NCBI RefSeq assembly: GCF_009914755.1
Contig: NC_060925.1
DNA from: the human T2T-CHM13v2.0 reference genome, Homo sapiens
Strand: one strand, 5' to 3'
Length of the DNA: 64,000 nucleotides
This document shows, in pieces, positions 1-16,472 of this stretch. The notes beneath the pieces are model-generated. The model had not been told where the DNA came from. It was given only the letters and a program-made list of their open reading frames with translations, and ran no database searches. The translations under genes and the position numbers were made by a program. Numbering within the stretch: position 1 is the stretch's first letter; each line of letters starts with the position of its first letter.

Positions 1-639
1 CAGCCATGTATTAAGCAATTGTTTTCAGTACCAACAGTTTACCAAAGTGTTGGAATAAAAACGACATCTAAAACTTGAATATTTTATATGGCCAAACTAT
101 GGCTATTTAACTATACAGTTGAATATATTTGGATTATAACATATTTATCTCTTAAAGGGACAGATCTTCCATCCTCCTAACATATAGTTAGCTTCCACTC
201 TCCAAATATTCCACCAGCAACATTGATGAATATTGAAGACTATGGACTGTGAGGTACTGTGAAAGACCCACTCTAGGACCTGCTTGCTGCTATTTGCCTT
301 ACTTGAACCAGTAATCAAGTGCTGGATAAATAATATGATTTCTATTCAACTTTTTGTTTTTAGCCCTTAGGGAACAATCTACTGAATATGCAATGCAATT
401 GTCGGGGGATAGTTACTTTTCATTACCTAGGTTTCTGTTCCTTCTTTTAAGTGTAATTTAAATCTGGCTGTCATGAAGGTTTGGCGCTCAAACAGATTTT
501 AGCATCTGTTTAATGTAGAAGTGGACTGGAACTAGCATTCTGAAAATGTAGTCTGAACCCAAAGAAATCCCATGACTCTCCTTTTCTGTCCTATCATAGA
601 AACAGATAATTACATTTTTAAAGTTTTTGTGTGTGGGTG

Positions 640-771
640 TGTGTGTTGTCATTTTGAGGTGGGGTTTCACCATGTTGCCCAGGCTAGACTCAAACTCCTA
701 GGCTGAAGCAGTCCTCCCACCTCAGCCTCCCAAGTAGCAGGGATTACAGGTGTGCACTACTGCACCCAGCT
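640..771 (-). mobile_element. Alu monomer (FLAM-like / partial Alu)
   Basis: Antisense Alu left-arm sequence ggggtttcaccatgttgcccaggct...gggattacaggtgtg. Confidence 0.8.
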
Positions 772-883
772 TAAGTTTTACTTTGTTTCTAATAGATATA
801 TAATATTGGATATATTTATGAGATACAGTGTGATGTTTTAGTACGTATATACATTGTGTAATGAGCAAGAGGATTGCGTTTAT

Positions 884-1190
<307 letters not shown>

Positions 1191-2626
1191 TTACTTCCCT
1201 CTAGGCTCTTTAATTTCTCCATTGAGCATTGTGTGAGCTCCGCTGAGCATTGTATGGAGGGTCAGCTGCCCTGGCTGGAGATGGTTTTGAGGCTTGTTCC
1301 TTCGTGGAAACATCTGGATGCAGAAGTTAGGCTGTACAACTATCCAGGGGAGCTTTAAGTGAGCCAAGTGGACCCTCAGCACCACCTCAGAGTGTTCTAA
1401 GCTACCGTCTGGTGTTTGGGACTCAGGGAAGTCCTTTTGGTATGATCAGACTAGCCCTTTATGTGACTATCCTTGTGTGTTACTCTCATTAAAATATTGA
1501 TTTTTGCCATGTAAGGAAGATTGGAATAGCACAGGCAGCCGAATAAGGATTTTAATGAAACATTGGAGAATGGCTTCAAGTTAATCTGTGAATGCTTTGT
1601 CATTGTCCCATCCCTGGACACATTAAAAAGAAAAAAAAGAGCAGTTGAGAAATTGCAGTACAATTTGAGGAGAGCAATATCATACACAGAAGTAGGGACT
1701 ACTTTTGTCAAAGCTGGATTTTATTTATTTGGGAGCAAAGAGAGAGAGCTGAAAGACATAATCTTCTCTCCCTTAAGAATCTCATTGTCATTTAGTAAAA
1801 TAAAAGGTAGTGTCACTTCATGGCTCAGAAGTGGTAAATTATTTGAGGCAGGTACCCAAATCCATAAAGCCTGCCTTTTGCTTTGTTTGTGGAATGCTGA
1901 TTGTGTGCTGGGGAATTTCTGATGGGCAGCCAAGAGGAATTTGGGAAGTAGTGAAGGAGACCTTTACCCCAGGAGTGTTCTATTGGATGTAGTTCAGGAA
2001 GCTTTCTGGGTAAGCCTTGCAACCAAAGGAACCCTGCCCCAGTAAGATACGTCAAATGGTGGCAGAAGCAAGAATTAGAGGAAAGGTTGAGCAACATTTT
2101 GGTATTTGAATAGCTGTGTTCCCAGGAAACTCTGTCAGTAAAATTTCTAGAGGTTAAGTACCTTAGCCAGATGTCATAATGAACCCCTGTGTTGCTAACT
2201 CAAATGCTGGAATGGAGCATGTGTTTTAGGAGTTAGACCAACACTGCCTCATCTTAAGCCCAAGTCTGATCACTCCTAAACTGAAACTTTGCAAATGTGT
2301 GTGTTGTAGCTTACTTAAAACCCATTGGGTGTCTGCTAACTCTGGCTACACTGAAAAGTTTTTGCTATTCTACCACCCACGGACGTCAGAGCCCTGCTGC
2401 TTACCAGGGCATGTTAGTCTCCTAATCTACCCCTGAAAACCTACCATGGCCCGGGGCTTTTCTGCTACCCCCCACGTCCTATACCCTGCTTGCTTCAAAA
2501 TACTGTTCCTAGTTTTCTTCCCCTAACTTGATAATGTACTCCAAAACAATCATGTTTGGCAAGTAATACACTGATAAATGTAAAAGTTACAAATAGAAGT
2601 GCTGCTGTGTTTTTAAAACATTATAG

Positions 2627-3239
2627 GGCCAGGAGCAGTGGTTCATGCCTCTTATCCCAGCACTTTGGGAGGCTGAGAGAGGCAAATTGCTTGAGCTCAG
2701 GAGTTCGAGACCAGCCTGGCCAACATAGCGAAACCCCGTCTGTACTAAAAATACAAAAAATTAGCTGGGCATGGTGGCACACACCTGTAATATCAGCTAC
2801 TTTGAGGCAGAAGGATTGCTTGAGTCCAGAGGTCAAGCCTGCAGTGAGCCCTGATTGTGCCACTTCCACTCCAGCCCGGATGACAGAGGGGGACCCTGTC
2901 TCAAAACAAAAACAAAACAAAACAAAAACCCAGCCAGGTACGGTGGCTCACACCTGTAATCCCAGCACTTTCGGAGGCCAAGGAGGGTGGATCACTTGAG
3001 GTCAGGAGTTCAAGACCAGCCTGGCCAACATGGCGAAACCCTGTCTCTACTAAAATACAACAATTAGCTGGGCATGGTGGTGCATGTCTGTAATCTCAGC
3101 TACTTAGGAGGCTGAGGCAGGAGAATCACTTGAACCCAGGAGGTGGAGGTTGCAGTGAGCCAAGATCGTGCCACTGCACTCTGCCACTCACTCTAGCCTG
3201 TGGGACAGAGAGAGACTCCGTCTTAAAAAAAAAAAAAAA
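2627..3239 (+). mobile_element. Two tandem Alu elements (~2627-2927 and ~2931-3239)
   Basis: Two consecutive dimeric Alu bodies, each with an A-rich tail. Confidence 0.9.
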
Positions 3240-3299
3240 CCCACATTCTAGAAATAATTAGGTTTCTAAAGTATTCTTAAAAGGGGCATCTGTGGAAAC

Positions 3300-3520
3300 C
3301 AGCCACTAATAACATATTTAAAGGAGAGAGACTGAATGCTTCCCCCTAAGATGAGGAAAGAGGCAAGGATGTAGGCACTTGCCACTGGTATTCAACATTG
3401 CATTGCCCCTAACCAGGACAATCAGTCAAGAAAAAAAAAAAAATAAAAGACATCCACATTGGAAAGGAAGAAGTAAAACTGTCTCTCTTTGCAGATGGTA
3501 TGATCCTCTATGTAAAGTAT
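3300..3520 (+). mobile_element. Old L1 (L1M) ORF2 RT fragment
   Basis: ...ggaaaggaagaagtaaaactgtctctctttgcagatggtatgatc resembles the L1 ORF2 'LFADDMI' region. Confidence 0.75.
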
Positions 3521-3714
3521 TCCAACGATCGTGGATCTGTCTCTCCCTCCCCTATGCTCTTGGGCCCTGGCTCTGTTTCTCTCCTGGAGTAGAAGCCTGT
3601 GGTGCAGCAGGATTCAATTGCCTTCAATTGAACGTTGCAGAGGACTTTCCCCTCGGTGCTTCCCGTACTGGGGGAAGAGGTGATTTAACTTCTGAGTAAG
3701 GGACAAACCCAGTA

Positions 3715-4378
<664 letters not shown>

Positions 4379-4929
4379 TCATTAAATAGGCCTTTCATTT
4401 GAAGTCATGTTTCTAATCATTCAGAAGTTGAGGTATGCCTGATCCATGGTATTAGAAGGGATGATCCCAGAGAGGTCATTCTGTAGCATAATGAGCATTA
4501 CTTTTGAAGGATGGAGAACCTAGAACTCTGACTCATTTGACTATGGGAAAATCTGATCTGGTGAGTGACCATGACCATGAAGTGAGATCTGGTAACCCAA
4601 TGGTGGTCACAGGATAGAGACTCTGAAGATACTGAGCTGGCTTACACACTTGCTTTGTTGTCTCGAACCTCTGTTAAAGCTGAAAGAAGAAGTCAGTCTT
4701 CTGCTGGGCACACTGTTAGTGTGTAATTGTGAAGAGCTTAGCTGGAGCTTGCTCTTCACAACAGTCTCTGATCTCATCAGCCCCATTCTGTTTTCAGGGG
4801 TGGTACAGAAGGAGCACCTCAGGAGCCTCCAAAGATAGTAGTAGAATATAACCACCAAGACAAGACTGTGACTGTGGTTTTGAATCAGATAGAATCACCA
4901 CCTCCTGCAAATTTTGTTTTTGCTCAGAA

Positions 4930-5105
4930 CAGTGGTTCTTAAAATGTGGTCCTTGACCAACATCATCAGCATTACCTAGGAACTAGTTAGATATGATAAT
5001 ACTCAGGCCCCACCTAACATGACTGAACCAGAAACTCTGGGACTGAGGTATGTTTTAACAAACTCTCCAGGTGATTTTAATGCCACCAAAGTTTGAGAAC
5101 CACTG
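4930..5105. mobile_element. MER5A-like hAT-Charlie DNA transposon
   Basis: Terminal inverted repeats cagtggttct...agaaccactg with MER5A-like interior. Confidence 0.8.
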
Positions 5106-5342
5106 ATCTAGGATATAGAACAGCAGCATTCTACTGAGTTTCTGTCTTCATGCAAGTTGCTATAAAAAATATAAGCAAGGAGACACGCTCTCTGTCCTCA
5201 AAGAGCACATAGTCCATCTAGAGAGGTATACTATATTCAATGCCACACAAAGGAGGCCTTCCCAGCCGGGATCCTGATGCAACAGCCCTGCCCAGTCTCT
5301 ATGCCATTGCCGTGTGTTTTCCCCAGAAGAGTTCCCATTCTT

Positions 5343-5623
5343 GGCCAGGTGCCTGTAATCCTAGCACTCTGGGAGGCTGAGGCAGGTGGATCACCTGAGG
5401 TCAGGAGTTCGAGACCAGCCTGGCCTACGTGGTGAAACCCCGTCTCTACTAAAAATACAAAAATGAGCCTGGTGTGATGGTGGGCACCTATAATCCCTGC
5501 TACTCGGGAGGCTGAGGAAGGAGAATCACTTGAACCCAGGGGGCGGAGGTTGCAGTGAGCCTAGATCGTGCCACTTCACTCTAGCCTGGGGGGAAGAGCA
5601 AAACTTTGTCTCAAAACAAAAAA
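5343..5623 (+). mobile_element. Alu
   Basis: Dimeric Alu with TSD aagagttccca. Confidence 0.9.
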
Positions 5624-7029
5624 AGAGTTCCCACTCCCTGAAGCTGTTTTTTGTTTGCATGTTTGTTGTCAGTCTCCTGTCATCATTCGAAGGTCAGGGC
5701 CTTGAGGGCAGGACCCTTTCTTGTTCACTGCTGCATCCCCACCCCTCAGCAGTTCCTGGCATAGACAGCAAGTGCTTTATATATTCTGGTTGAATAAATG
5801 AATTAAGTGTTCTTTGATTCATTATGCTGTCTACGGTAGGAAACTCTATTTTGCAATCTAATTAGACCAGCCTTTTGCCAAATTTGAATTATTTTAAACA
5901 AAATCAGAACTATTGTGTAAGAGCATACAACTGATTTGTAGAAAAACCAGTATATCCTCATTTAGGAACTGTTGCATATGTGGACAGACATGTACAGTTA
6001 CCAGTATTTATTTCTTCATATTTGGACCAACATTTATTGTTTATACCAGGTACATATCTAGTTTATCTAATTTAATTCTTCAAACCACACTGTGATATAA
6101 ATGGGTAGTATTTTCCCTGTTTTGTAGAGAAATTAGATACATCCTAAAGCTTGCAGGGGCTATGTATGAATACAGGTCTGTCTGACTCCTCAATTCCTGC
6201 TATCTCTAGTCTTGTAGATTTCCCACAGGAAAAGATGAATCATAAAACAGTATTGAAGTCCACTAGGAGTAAAAACATTTAGGATCTCTACCCTTAAATA
6301 AGTGACAAAAACTTTCTAATTTAAAAAAATAGATAATTCAAATTTCTTTTAAACCTTTAATGTTCTCTTGACTGATCTATTTTGACTTAAGACTGCCAAC
6401 AAACAGTTAACTAGGAGCAGCTACCTCTGCAATTGCTAATAAGGAAAGTAAGAATAGAAACTCTTTCATCCTATTTCTGTCTTTCCCTACCCATTTATTT
6501 TGTTTTTGTTTTATTGTGTTATACCTAGTTTGTGATTATTGCTAGGAAGGGAAAAATCTGGAATTGGGTACTTGTTTACTTATTTGCCTGTGTCCCCTGC
6601 TAGAAAATGAGTTTCATAAAGAACCAACCTCTGGCTGTTCCCTGTTCGTCTCCAGCACTAGCCCAGTGAGTGGCACATAGTGGGCACTCAGTAAGCCTGA
6701 ATAAGTAAATGAATGCACGATCACCCTCATGCAGTGCTGAGCAGTGTCTGGCTGCAGCAAGAGTTTGAATGACTGCAGCTTCCGGATGTCCATAGTCAGT
6801 GCTAAAATCCTGCTTCCTTCTGGCTGCTTCTGCCTTTCACATGATAGCATATATTTTAACATGGCTGGCTGCTGAGAGTTCAGAAAAGGAAGAGGATATA
6901 TGTGGTTCTAAACTTTGCTATTTTAAAATGGCAGTTATAAATTCTAAAATGTATATTCATTATCATTTAGCCAAACATCCCCGTTGAGTCAGGTCAAGGA
7001 CAGTTAACCAAACATTAGCATATGTAACG

Positions 7030-7270
7030 TAACATAATATATAACATTTACTGAGTCCTTCCTATGTGTCAGGCATCATGATGAATGTTTATAGACAGTA
7101 TGTCCATCTAATCCTCTCAACAACCTTCCAAGGTTATATTAGTATCTCCATTTAACAAGTGAGGAAACTGAGGTGCTGAAAGGTGTTAAGTAATATTCCC
7201 AAGGACACTCAACTAGGAAATATGAGAACCAGGTTCTGAATGCAGACAATTTGATTCCAAAACTGCATTC
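7030..7270 (-). mobile_element. MIR
   Basis: Antisense MIR core atctccattt...gaggaaactgagg...ttaagtaa. Confidence 0.7.
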
Positions 7271-7866
7271 AACTGCAAAGCTGTCTCGTGAACTGCACTT
7301 AGCAGATAAGTGGTGGTACTCAAGCCAGAAGTCAGGTCTGATCTTTCGGTTCCATCATTCCATACTGCCTGTTCCTCTGTCTTCTCAATGAATAATGATT
7401 GTCAAGCCACTCTAAGTTTTTTTAGATATGTATTTGCTCATTTTGGAAATTACAGAAAATTACAAAGAAAAATCTATAATCTAGCCATCTAGAAATAACT
7501 ATGCTTATGATTTTAATACTTTCTTAATTTTTTTCTATTATTAAGAAAACCAAGATTATTCTACATATACTTTTATTTTCTTTTTTCCCCACTCAACCTG
7601 CTGTATATTGAGCCTGTTTTAACCTCTTTAATATTTGTACACACCATTTTTAACAGTTGTATAATGTTCTATTTAACGGGTATATTATTTATTTAACTGG
7701 CCCTCTATTATTGGACATATGTAGTATTTCTGGTTTTGCCATCATAAATATTGCTGAAGTAAATATCTTTGAACCAAATTTGTTTGCATTTCTGATTGTT
7801 ACCTCAGGATAGATTTCTAGTAGGATTAATGAGCCAAAGAATATTAATATTAAAAAGAATATTACT

Positions 7867-8500
7867 GGCCAGGTGCTGTGGCTCATGCTTGTATTCCCAG
7901 CATTTTGGGAGGCTGAGATGGGAGGATCACTAGAGCCCAGGAGTTCGAGACCAGCCTAAGAAACATAGGAAGATCCTATCTCTTAAAAAAAAAAAAAGAA
8001 AAAATATACATAGGCTGGGCGTGATGGCTAACACCTGTAATCCCAGTACTTTGAGAGGCTGAGGCAGCCGTATCAGTTGAGGCCAGGAGTTTGAGACCAG
8101 CCTGGCCAACATGGCAAAACCCCCATCTCTACTAAAAAATAAAAAAATTAGCCGGGTGTTGTGGCGGGCGCCTGTGATCCCAGCTATTTGGGAGGATGAG
8201 GCATGAGAATTGATTGAATCTGGGAGGCAGAGGTTGCAGTTAGCTGAGATTGTGCCACTGCAGTCCAGCCTGGGCGACAGAGCGAGACTGTCTCAAAATA
8301 AATAAAATAAAATAAAAAAATTTTAAAAATACAGAAATTAGCTGGGCATGTCAATGTGTGCCTGCAGCCCCAGCTACTTGGGAGGCTGAGTTGGGAGGAT
8401 CACCTGAGCCCAGAAGGTCAAGGCTGCAGTGAGCTGTGATAGCACCACCATACTCCAGCCTTGGCAACAGAGACCCTGTGTTAAAAAAAAAAAAAAAAAA
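7867..8500 (+). mobile_element. AluJ-like element with a second Alu (~8013-8320) nested in its A-rich linker
   Basis: Left arm 7867-8010, complete Alu, then right arm 8330-8500 with poly(A). Confidence 0.85.
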
Positions 8501-8588
8501 TTACCTATTGCCAGGCTGTCCTCTAGATGGTTCTATCTTATACTTCCCTCAACAGTGTAGAAGAGGGAAAACTAGGTACTTTTAACTA

Positions 8589-10232
<1,644 letters not shown>

Positions 10233-12155
10233 TGGTAGAAGGTTTCAATTCATAAATATTAATTTATACTGCTGGTTTATGACTAACCCAGGAAACTGCA
10301 TAATGATTAACAAATGCTACGATATAACCAAGTGAATTGCAAAGTCATCTACACCTGTATTAAAGTTCAGCTCAGAAAGGACTGTTTGGACTGTGTGTAT
10401 CTAGCACTACGTAGAAGAGAAAGTCAAGGGCAAAGTTCCCACTCTCAAGAACTTTATCTTGTTGGGTTCATGAAAGGGTTTCTGGTGACACAGAGTAGGT
10501 ATATAATCAGCAAAATGTGGTCTGCGGTTCAAATGAGTGCTCATGCCAGAGATTGGTTGGGTGCCAGCTATCAGTTCTTCCACCCTGTCCCTGGAAGCTA
10601 TCTGCTACCTCTGGGGCTGGCACAACCCAGGGTGTGGCTGCGACTGCCTAGGGTGTGGCCACTGTGAACTGAGCTGCATCCCCTTCCTGGTGCACACCCG
10701 CACACACAAAAGTCACTCTCTAAGGAGTGGGAATATCTATCTCTTCGCCTTGGAATCTTCAGAAAATAATGATGTAGCAAATGATAGTTTTTTTGAATGT
10801 TGATTTAATTAAGCTGATTCTTTCTTTGAAAGAGAAGATTTAATGATTTTTCACTCCCTATTGCATTTATGTTTTCCACAACTACGACAAGAGTTTTCTC
10901 TGTGTTCTGAATTCTTCTTTCTTAAGATTTCTCTTTCTGGATTAGTCATAAACCAGTCTTTCTTAAATACATTCAGTTTCTTCCCTGGTTTCAATAGATA
11001 TTGAGGGAAGAAACGGAAACCTGAATTGGTTAGATGCATACTTTATACCAGACACTGTGCCAGATGATAGAGATTATTTCAGGTGTGTATTCAGGGGACG
11101 GGGTGCGTGGTGGTGGTCATTCTGAAAGACACCTGCAGTTGCAGCTCAAATCATTTATTCCGTAAGTATCTATGAGCGTGCACACTGTGCTTGACATGGA
11201 AGATGCCAGACAAACGTGGTCCTGCTCTGTTTTAAGTGAAGGTTGTTATGGTGTATAAAGCAGGACACCTCACTTGGTAGGAGTGCAAGGAGGTATCAGG
11301 GAGGGCTGTTCTGCTGCCCTTCTCGCAGGCAGCTTTTCAGGCATTGCTCCTGCACCTATGCAGACGTGTCCATGGCTCGTGCGGGGGACCCTCAGGGAGA
11401 ACAGTCACGCTGCTGCCCCAGGCACTTGCACTGTCCCTATGACTGAGTATGCATCCTCTGCAAACCACTGCTGTAGCATCAGACTCTGGGTACCCTTACT
11501 GTGAATTCACTGCCTTTCCAAGGTCCTAACTGTTGCTGGCTCTGCTTGTCATCATCCAGATTCATAACGCCATACATACCTTAACAAAGTGTGAGGAGAG
11601 TAACTTTCACTAGGGTGCAAATGCCCATCAAGTTTAACCTCACAGATTGCATTTATACTTTAAAAGAGGAGCTCAGTAGTAAATATTAATTTGTAATTAT
11701 AGATTCTAACTGTGGATTGTAGAGCAGTTGCTTTGCTGTGACAGGCATCTATGCAAGAGGCACTTCTCTTATCTTGCCATCTACCTACCCTAGCCTCTTA
11801 AAATTAAGAAAAATAGAAGTCAGTGACTAAGCCACCAAATTTGAATGTGTTACCTGGGCTAGCTGGAGTGTTTTGGGGGAGAATTCTAAAACCTGCTCTG
11901 GTCTTAGCTCTGCCCTCATTTACTGAGCCTCTATTTCCTTTTCTATAAAGTGGAGCTAATAGGAGTTTTGTGAAGAGTAAAAGTGAGCTGAAAAGTGCTG
12001 GGCTGACACAAGGTAGCCCTGCACATAGCCAGGGAGCCCAGCATCCTGTCCAAAGATTAGAGTCTGAAAGCTCACTCTACTGATTTGCAAACTTTAACCT
12101 AAAGCAAATATGCTTAATTTTATTGTCCTTACATTTATTGCTTCTGAGAGACACC

Positions 12156-12390
12156 TTTTTTTTTTTTTAAGGCAAGGTCTTGCTCTGTTGCCCCATGCTG
12201 CAGTGAGGTGGTGCAATCATAGCTCACTACAGCCTCAGCCTCCTGGGCTCAGGTGATCCTCCCACTTCAGCCTCCTGAGTAGACATGAGAGTCTCCCTGT
12301 GTGGCCCAGGCTGCCTGGCCTCAAGTGTTCCTTCCACCTTGGCCTCCCAAATTGTTGGGACTGTAGGTGTGAGCCACCATGCTTAGGTGG
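12156..12390 (-). mobile_element. Alu (AluJ-like, internally deleted)
   Basis: T tract followed by antisense Alu sequence. Confidence 0.8.
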
Positions 12391-12536
12391 CAGCTTTATT
12401 TTAAATGACCTGTTTGCCCCAGATGTGTTGAATTTAAGGATAGGCTGGAGGTTCAGTCATTTTTATTTATTTTCAAAGAGGTGTTCAGAATTCACACTCT
12501 GTTTTTCTTTTAATAACTACTGTGGCTTCCTCCTCA

Positions 12537-13177
<641 letters not shown>

Positions 13178-13751
13178 TTAAGGAAGATGCTCTGACCACA
13201 GTGTCAGTTTGGCTCTAAAGTTTCAAGGGATACTGAAAGGGAATATTGGAACCAAATGAATCTGAATGGGAATCCCAGGTCTGTCACTGTCTGTTTTAGA
13301 CCTTGGAAACATTACTTAACCTCTTTTGAAAATAAGGATTTACCATCTTGTTGGTTGGTTTGTTAGGATGATTAGATACATTCCAGATCAGGGTAACTCT
13401 CCTAGGTTAAAAGCAGGGACTGAAGCCAGGCAATTACCAGGGATGGAAATTTTAAAGCTGACGGCAGAACACACACCAGAGCTGCTGGCTCGTGGAAGCC
13501 TTTGAAGTGATGATTTGATGGGCAATCTGAGTTCCTCAGGAGCTGCCCAAAGCCTCATAGGCTCAGGAGCCATGCTCTGCTTTCAGAGTACTCAACCTGG
13601 GCCTTCCCCTACCTGTGTGAGATGTCTGCTGCTGCACCCGCACGTGCCCCAGGATCGAAGGGAGGCCTCAGAGTCCTGCCCTCACAGTGTCCCCCATGTC
13701 TGAAGGCAAAAAACTTGGAATCACTGTGCATATACTATTTTGGATGCTCGC

Positions 13752-13884
13752 TTTCTTGCTTTCTCACTTTCTTGCTTTCTCTCTCTCTCTCTCTCCCTCT
13801 CCTCCCTCCCCACTCCCTCTCTCTCCCTCTCCATCCCTCTCCCCACCATGTCCTGCTCCTCTCACTCCCTCCCTCCCCCTCCCT
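13752..13884. repeat. CT-rich low-complexity / (CT)n tract
   Basis: ctctctctct...ccctctccc pyrimidine tract. Confidence 0.85.
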
Positions 13885-14276
13885 ATGTAATGTATACTTT
13901 AGCATTTTACCATGTTAAATATTTTTTCAATAATGTGATTTTTGTTGGCTATATTATTCTACAGCAACGACTACTGCAGTGGTGTAGATAAATCTCATAA
14001 TGTTGATCAGAATCTCCCAGGCACAAAAGAGAAAAAAAGATACATGACTGTATACTTTTCTGTGTATAGACTGCATAGTTGAGTAATTTTTAAATTATTT
14101 TATATGGTACTGTCTTTGATGACTTCTCAGAAACATCAGATTGATTCATACCTTTTTTTGGTCTCTATTTACTCATTTGCCAGTAATAAAGCATCTTGCT
14201 CCCTAAGGCTTCACACCATGAAATAGCCACAGTGCTGGGGGCCGTCCCAACGTGTTCTTTCTTCCACAGACGCAAG

Positions 14277-14393
14277 ATGGCTGTCCTCTCTAAGGAATAT
14301 GGTTTTGTGCTTCTAACTGGTGCTGCCAGCTTTATAATGGTGGCCCACCTAGCCATCAATGTTTCCAAGGCCCGCAAGAAGTACAAAGTGGAG
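14277..14393 (+). CDS. MGST3: Microsomal glutathione S-transferase 3, first coding exon (exon starts 14270; ATG at 14277)
   Basis: ttccacAG|acgcaagATG; encodes [39 protein letters not shown]; donor GAG|gtaagt. Confidence 0.97.
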
Positions 14394-15442
14394 GTAAGTG
14401 GGAACACAAGCTGGTGCCCTTGTAGGCTTGTCTGGGGGCCACAGGCTTAGCCAAGAACTTATTTTCAGCCATGGAGGGAGAGGCAAGGAGCTAGTTGTGA
14501 GAAGTGGCAGTTTCAGGACTGTGTTAGCGATTCTGCTTCTTCATGGTAGGAAAGAGGCAAGAAATACAGGGCCCTGCTAGGGAGTAGTTTCCATCTTGTT
14601 TGACTTTGTCTCTTCTGTAGAAAGACCAGGAATGCTGGGATTCCAATAGTACACTTCTGCTTGGAGCTATTTGCTAGGAAGAGAGTTACTGTATTTTCCA
14701 CAGAGGGTTAAATAGCAATATTGTTTCATGGTGTGCCACTTTAAAAATGATGTCTTATGGTGATTTTCCTGTTTTCCAAGTAGAAAAGAGGTATGTGGTG
14801 TTGAGATTAGCCTGGACTTAGACATAGGAAGGTGGTCTATTAAACACTTCCTTTAGTTTTAGGTGATCTAGAAGGGATAATTACCAAAGTTGTCCCTGGT
14901 GAGTGGTTTTAAATGTCTGTTTCTGTTTAGCAACTTAATAATTAAACTCCCTTACTAGAGCTTCTTTTAAGTTTTTATATTTAGTTTCTTCTTTTTTTTC
15001 CCTTCCAGTGGACACTTCCATTAAGATTCTCACACACTCAATTTCTGTTCTTCTATTAAGGGAAATCTTAAAAGGATGTGGTATTTGATGACTCTTAGGA
15101 AGGCTCTATTTCCCTACAGTATCTTTGTAATGCATCTGAAATCCACCATTGATGCTTAACGTCAATGAAAAGCACGGAGTTTGGCGCAAAGCTGCCTCTT
15201 TCCCTTGTGCAACTACAGCGCAGACATACATTCTTATTCCTGGATATTTAATAGAAACATTGACTCTGCTTCTGAGAATTGAGACCCTTGTCACCATAAA
15301 TATTTAAGCAGAAATTGAATGGTCATCTATCAAGGGTGTGAAAGAAGATACTTTGGAATATATTGTTTTTAAGGTTCATTTTAACTTTCAACACTGAATG
15401 CTCCTCTTGACCATCTGATCAGTATGTGCTTTGTTGTGACAG

Positions 15443-15516
15443 TATCCTATCATGTACAGCACGGACCCTGAAAATGGGCACATCTTCAACTGCATTCAGC
15501 GAGCCCACCAGAACAC
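15443..15516 (+). CDS. MGST3: MGST3 coding exon 2
   Basis: gacAG|TATCCT...; encodes YPIMYSTDPENGHIFNCIQRAHQN (MAPEG F-N-C-x-Q-R-A-H-x-N motif); donor gtgagt. Confidence 0.97.
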
Positions 15517-16049
15517 GTGAGTGTCGGCCCTGCCGGGCACCAAAGACATCTGCAGAGTGGGTGTTTTCTGTCTAACACCTCAGCCCTTAGTGCGCTGTAT
15601 TTGCTGAGTCATAGTGATGGTGACAATCATGGGCACCTCATTAAAAGTATTCAAAAATTATGTATGTGAACACATTGACTATTAAGCAAACTTAAGAGTG
15701 GTTGGAATGGTGGGATTTCGGGATATTCTTTTCAAAAAATGTCTTCATGGTTGCATTACCTACTACAGTTTTGCAGCATGACCCATCTAAACCCATGTTG
15801 ACTCTCCCAGGCCTAGGGAGTGAAGAGGTTTTGAATGCTGTAAGGAAACCCACTCTGACTCACCAGGACCTTCCACTTCCATTTGTTAGATGTGAGGTCC
15901 TTTTACTCAGCATGTTCCAAGTGACCTCTAATCCCATGCAGAGCAAAGGAGGGTGGATGATAGTGACCAGGTCTTCTCCCTGCGGTGAATGTTTATTTTT
16001 ACCCCCAAGCTTCTAACTTGGCAAGGAAGATGTAAAGATTCATAGTGCT

Positions 16050-16347
16050 GGCTGGGTGAGGTGGGCTCACACCTGTAATCCCAGCACTTTGGGAGGCCGA
16101 GGTGGGTGGATCACTTGAGGTCAGGAGTTGGAGACAAGCTTGGTCAACATGGCAAAACCCCATCTCTACAAAACTTAGCCAGGCATGGTGGCACGCACCT
16201 GTAATCCCAGCTACTCAGGAAGCTGAGGCATGAGAATTACTTGAACCCGGGAGGCGGAGGTTGCAGTGAGCTGAGATCATGCCACTGCATTCCAGCCTGG
16301 GTGACAGAGACACTCCGTCTCAAAAAAAAAAAAAAAAAAAAAAAAAA
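16050..16347 (+). mobile_element. Alu
   Basis: Dimeric Alu with long poly(A), ending about 65 nt upstream of the next exon. Confidence 0.92.
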
Positions 16348-16414
16348 ATTCATAATTCTACACAGGCATACTTAAAAAGGGCACTTTTTAAAAGTTTCTT
16401 TCTGTCAATTCCAG

Positions 16415-16472
16415 GTTGGAAGTGTATCCTCCCTTCTTATTTTTTCTAGCTGTTGGAGGTGTTTACCACCCG
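16415..16472 (+). CDS. MGST3: MGST3 coding exon 3
   Basis: ccAG|G TTG GAA GTG...; encodes (T)LEVYPPFLFFLAVGGVYHP; donor gtaagt. Confidence 0.97.

Noticed and set aside
15105-15235. Possible intronic H/ACA snoRNA (segment ends ...ACAttc)
   Set aside because: I could not identify two convincing hairpins or an H box, and I recognise no matching snoRNA family.
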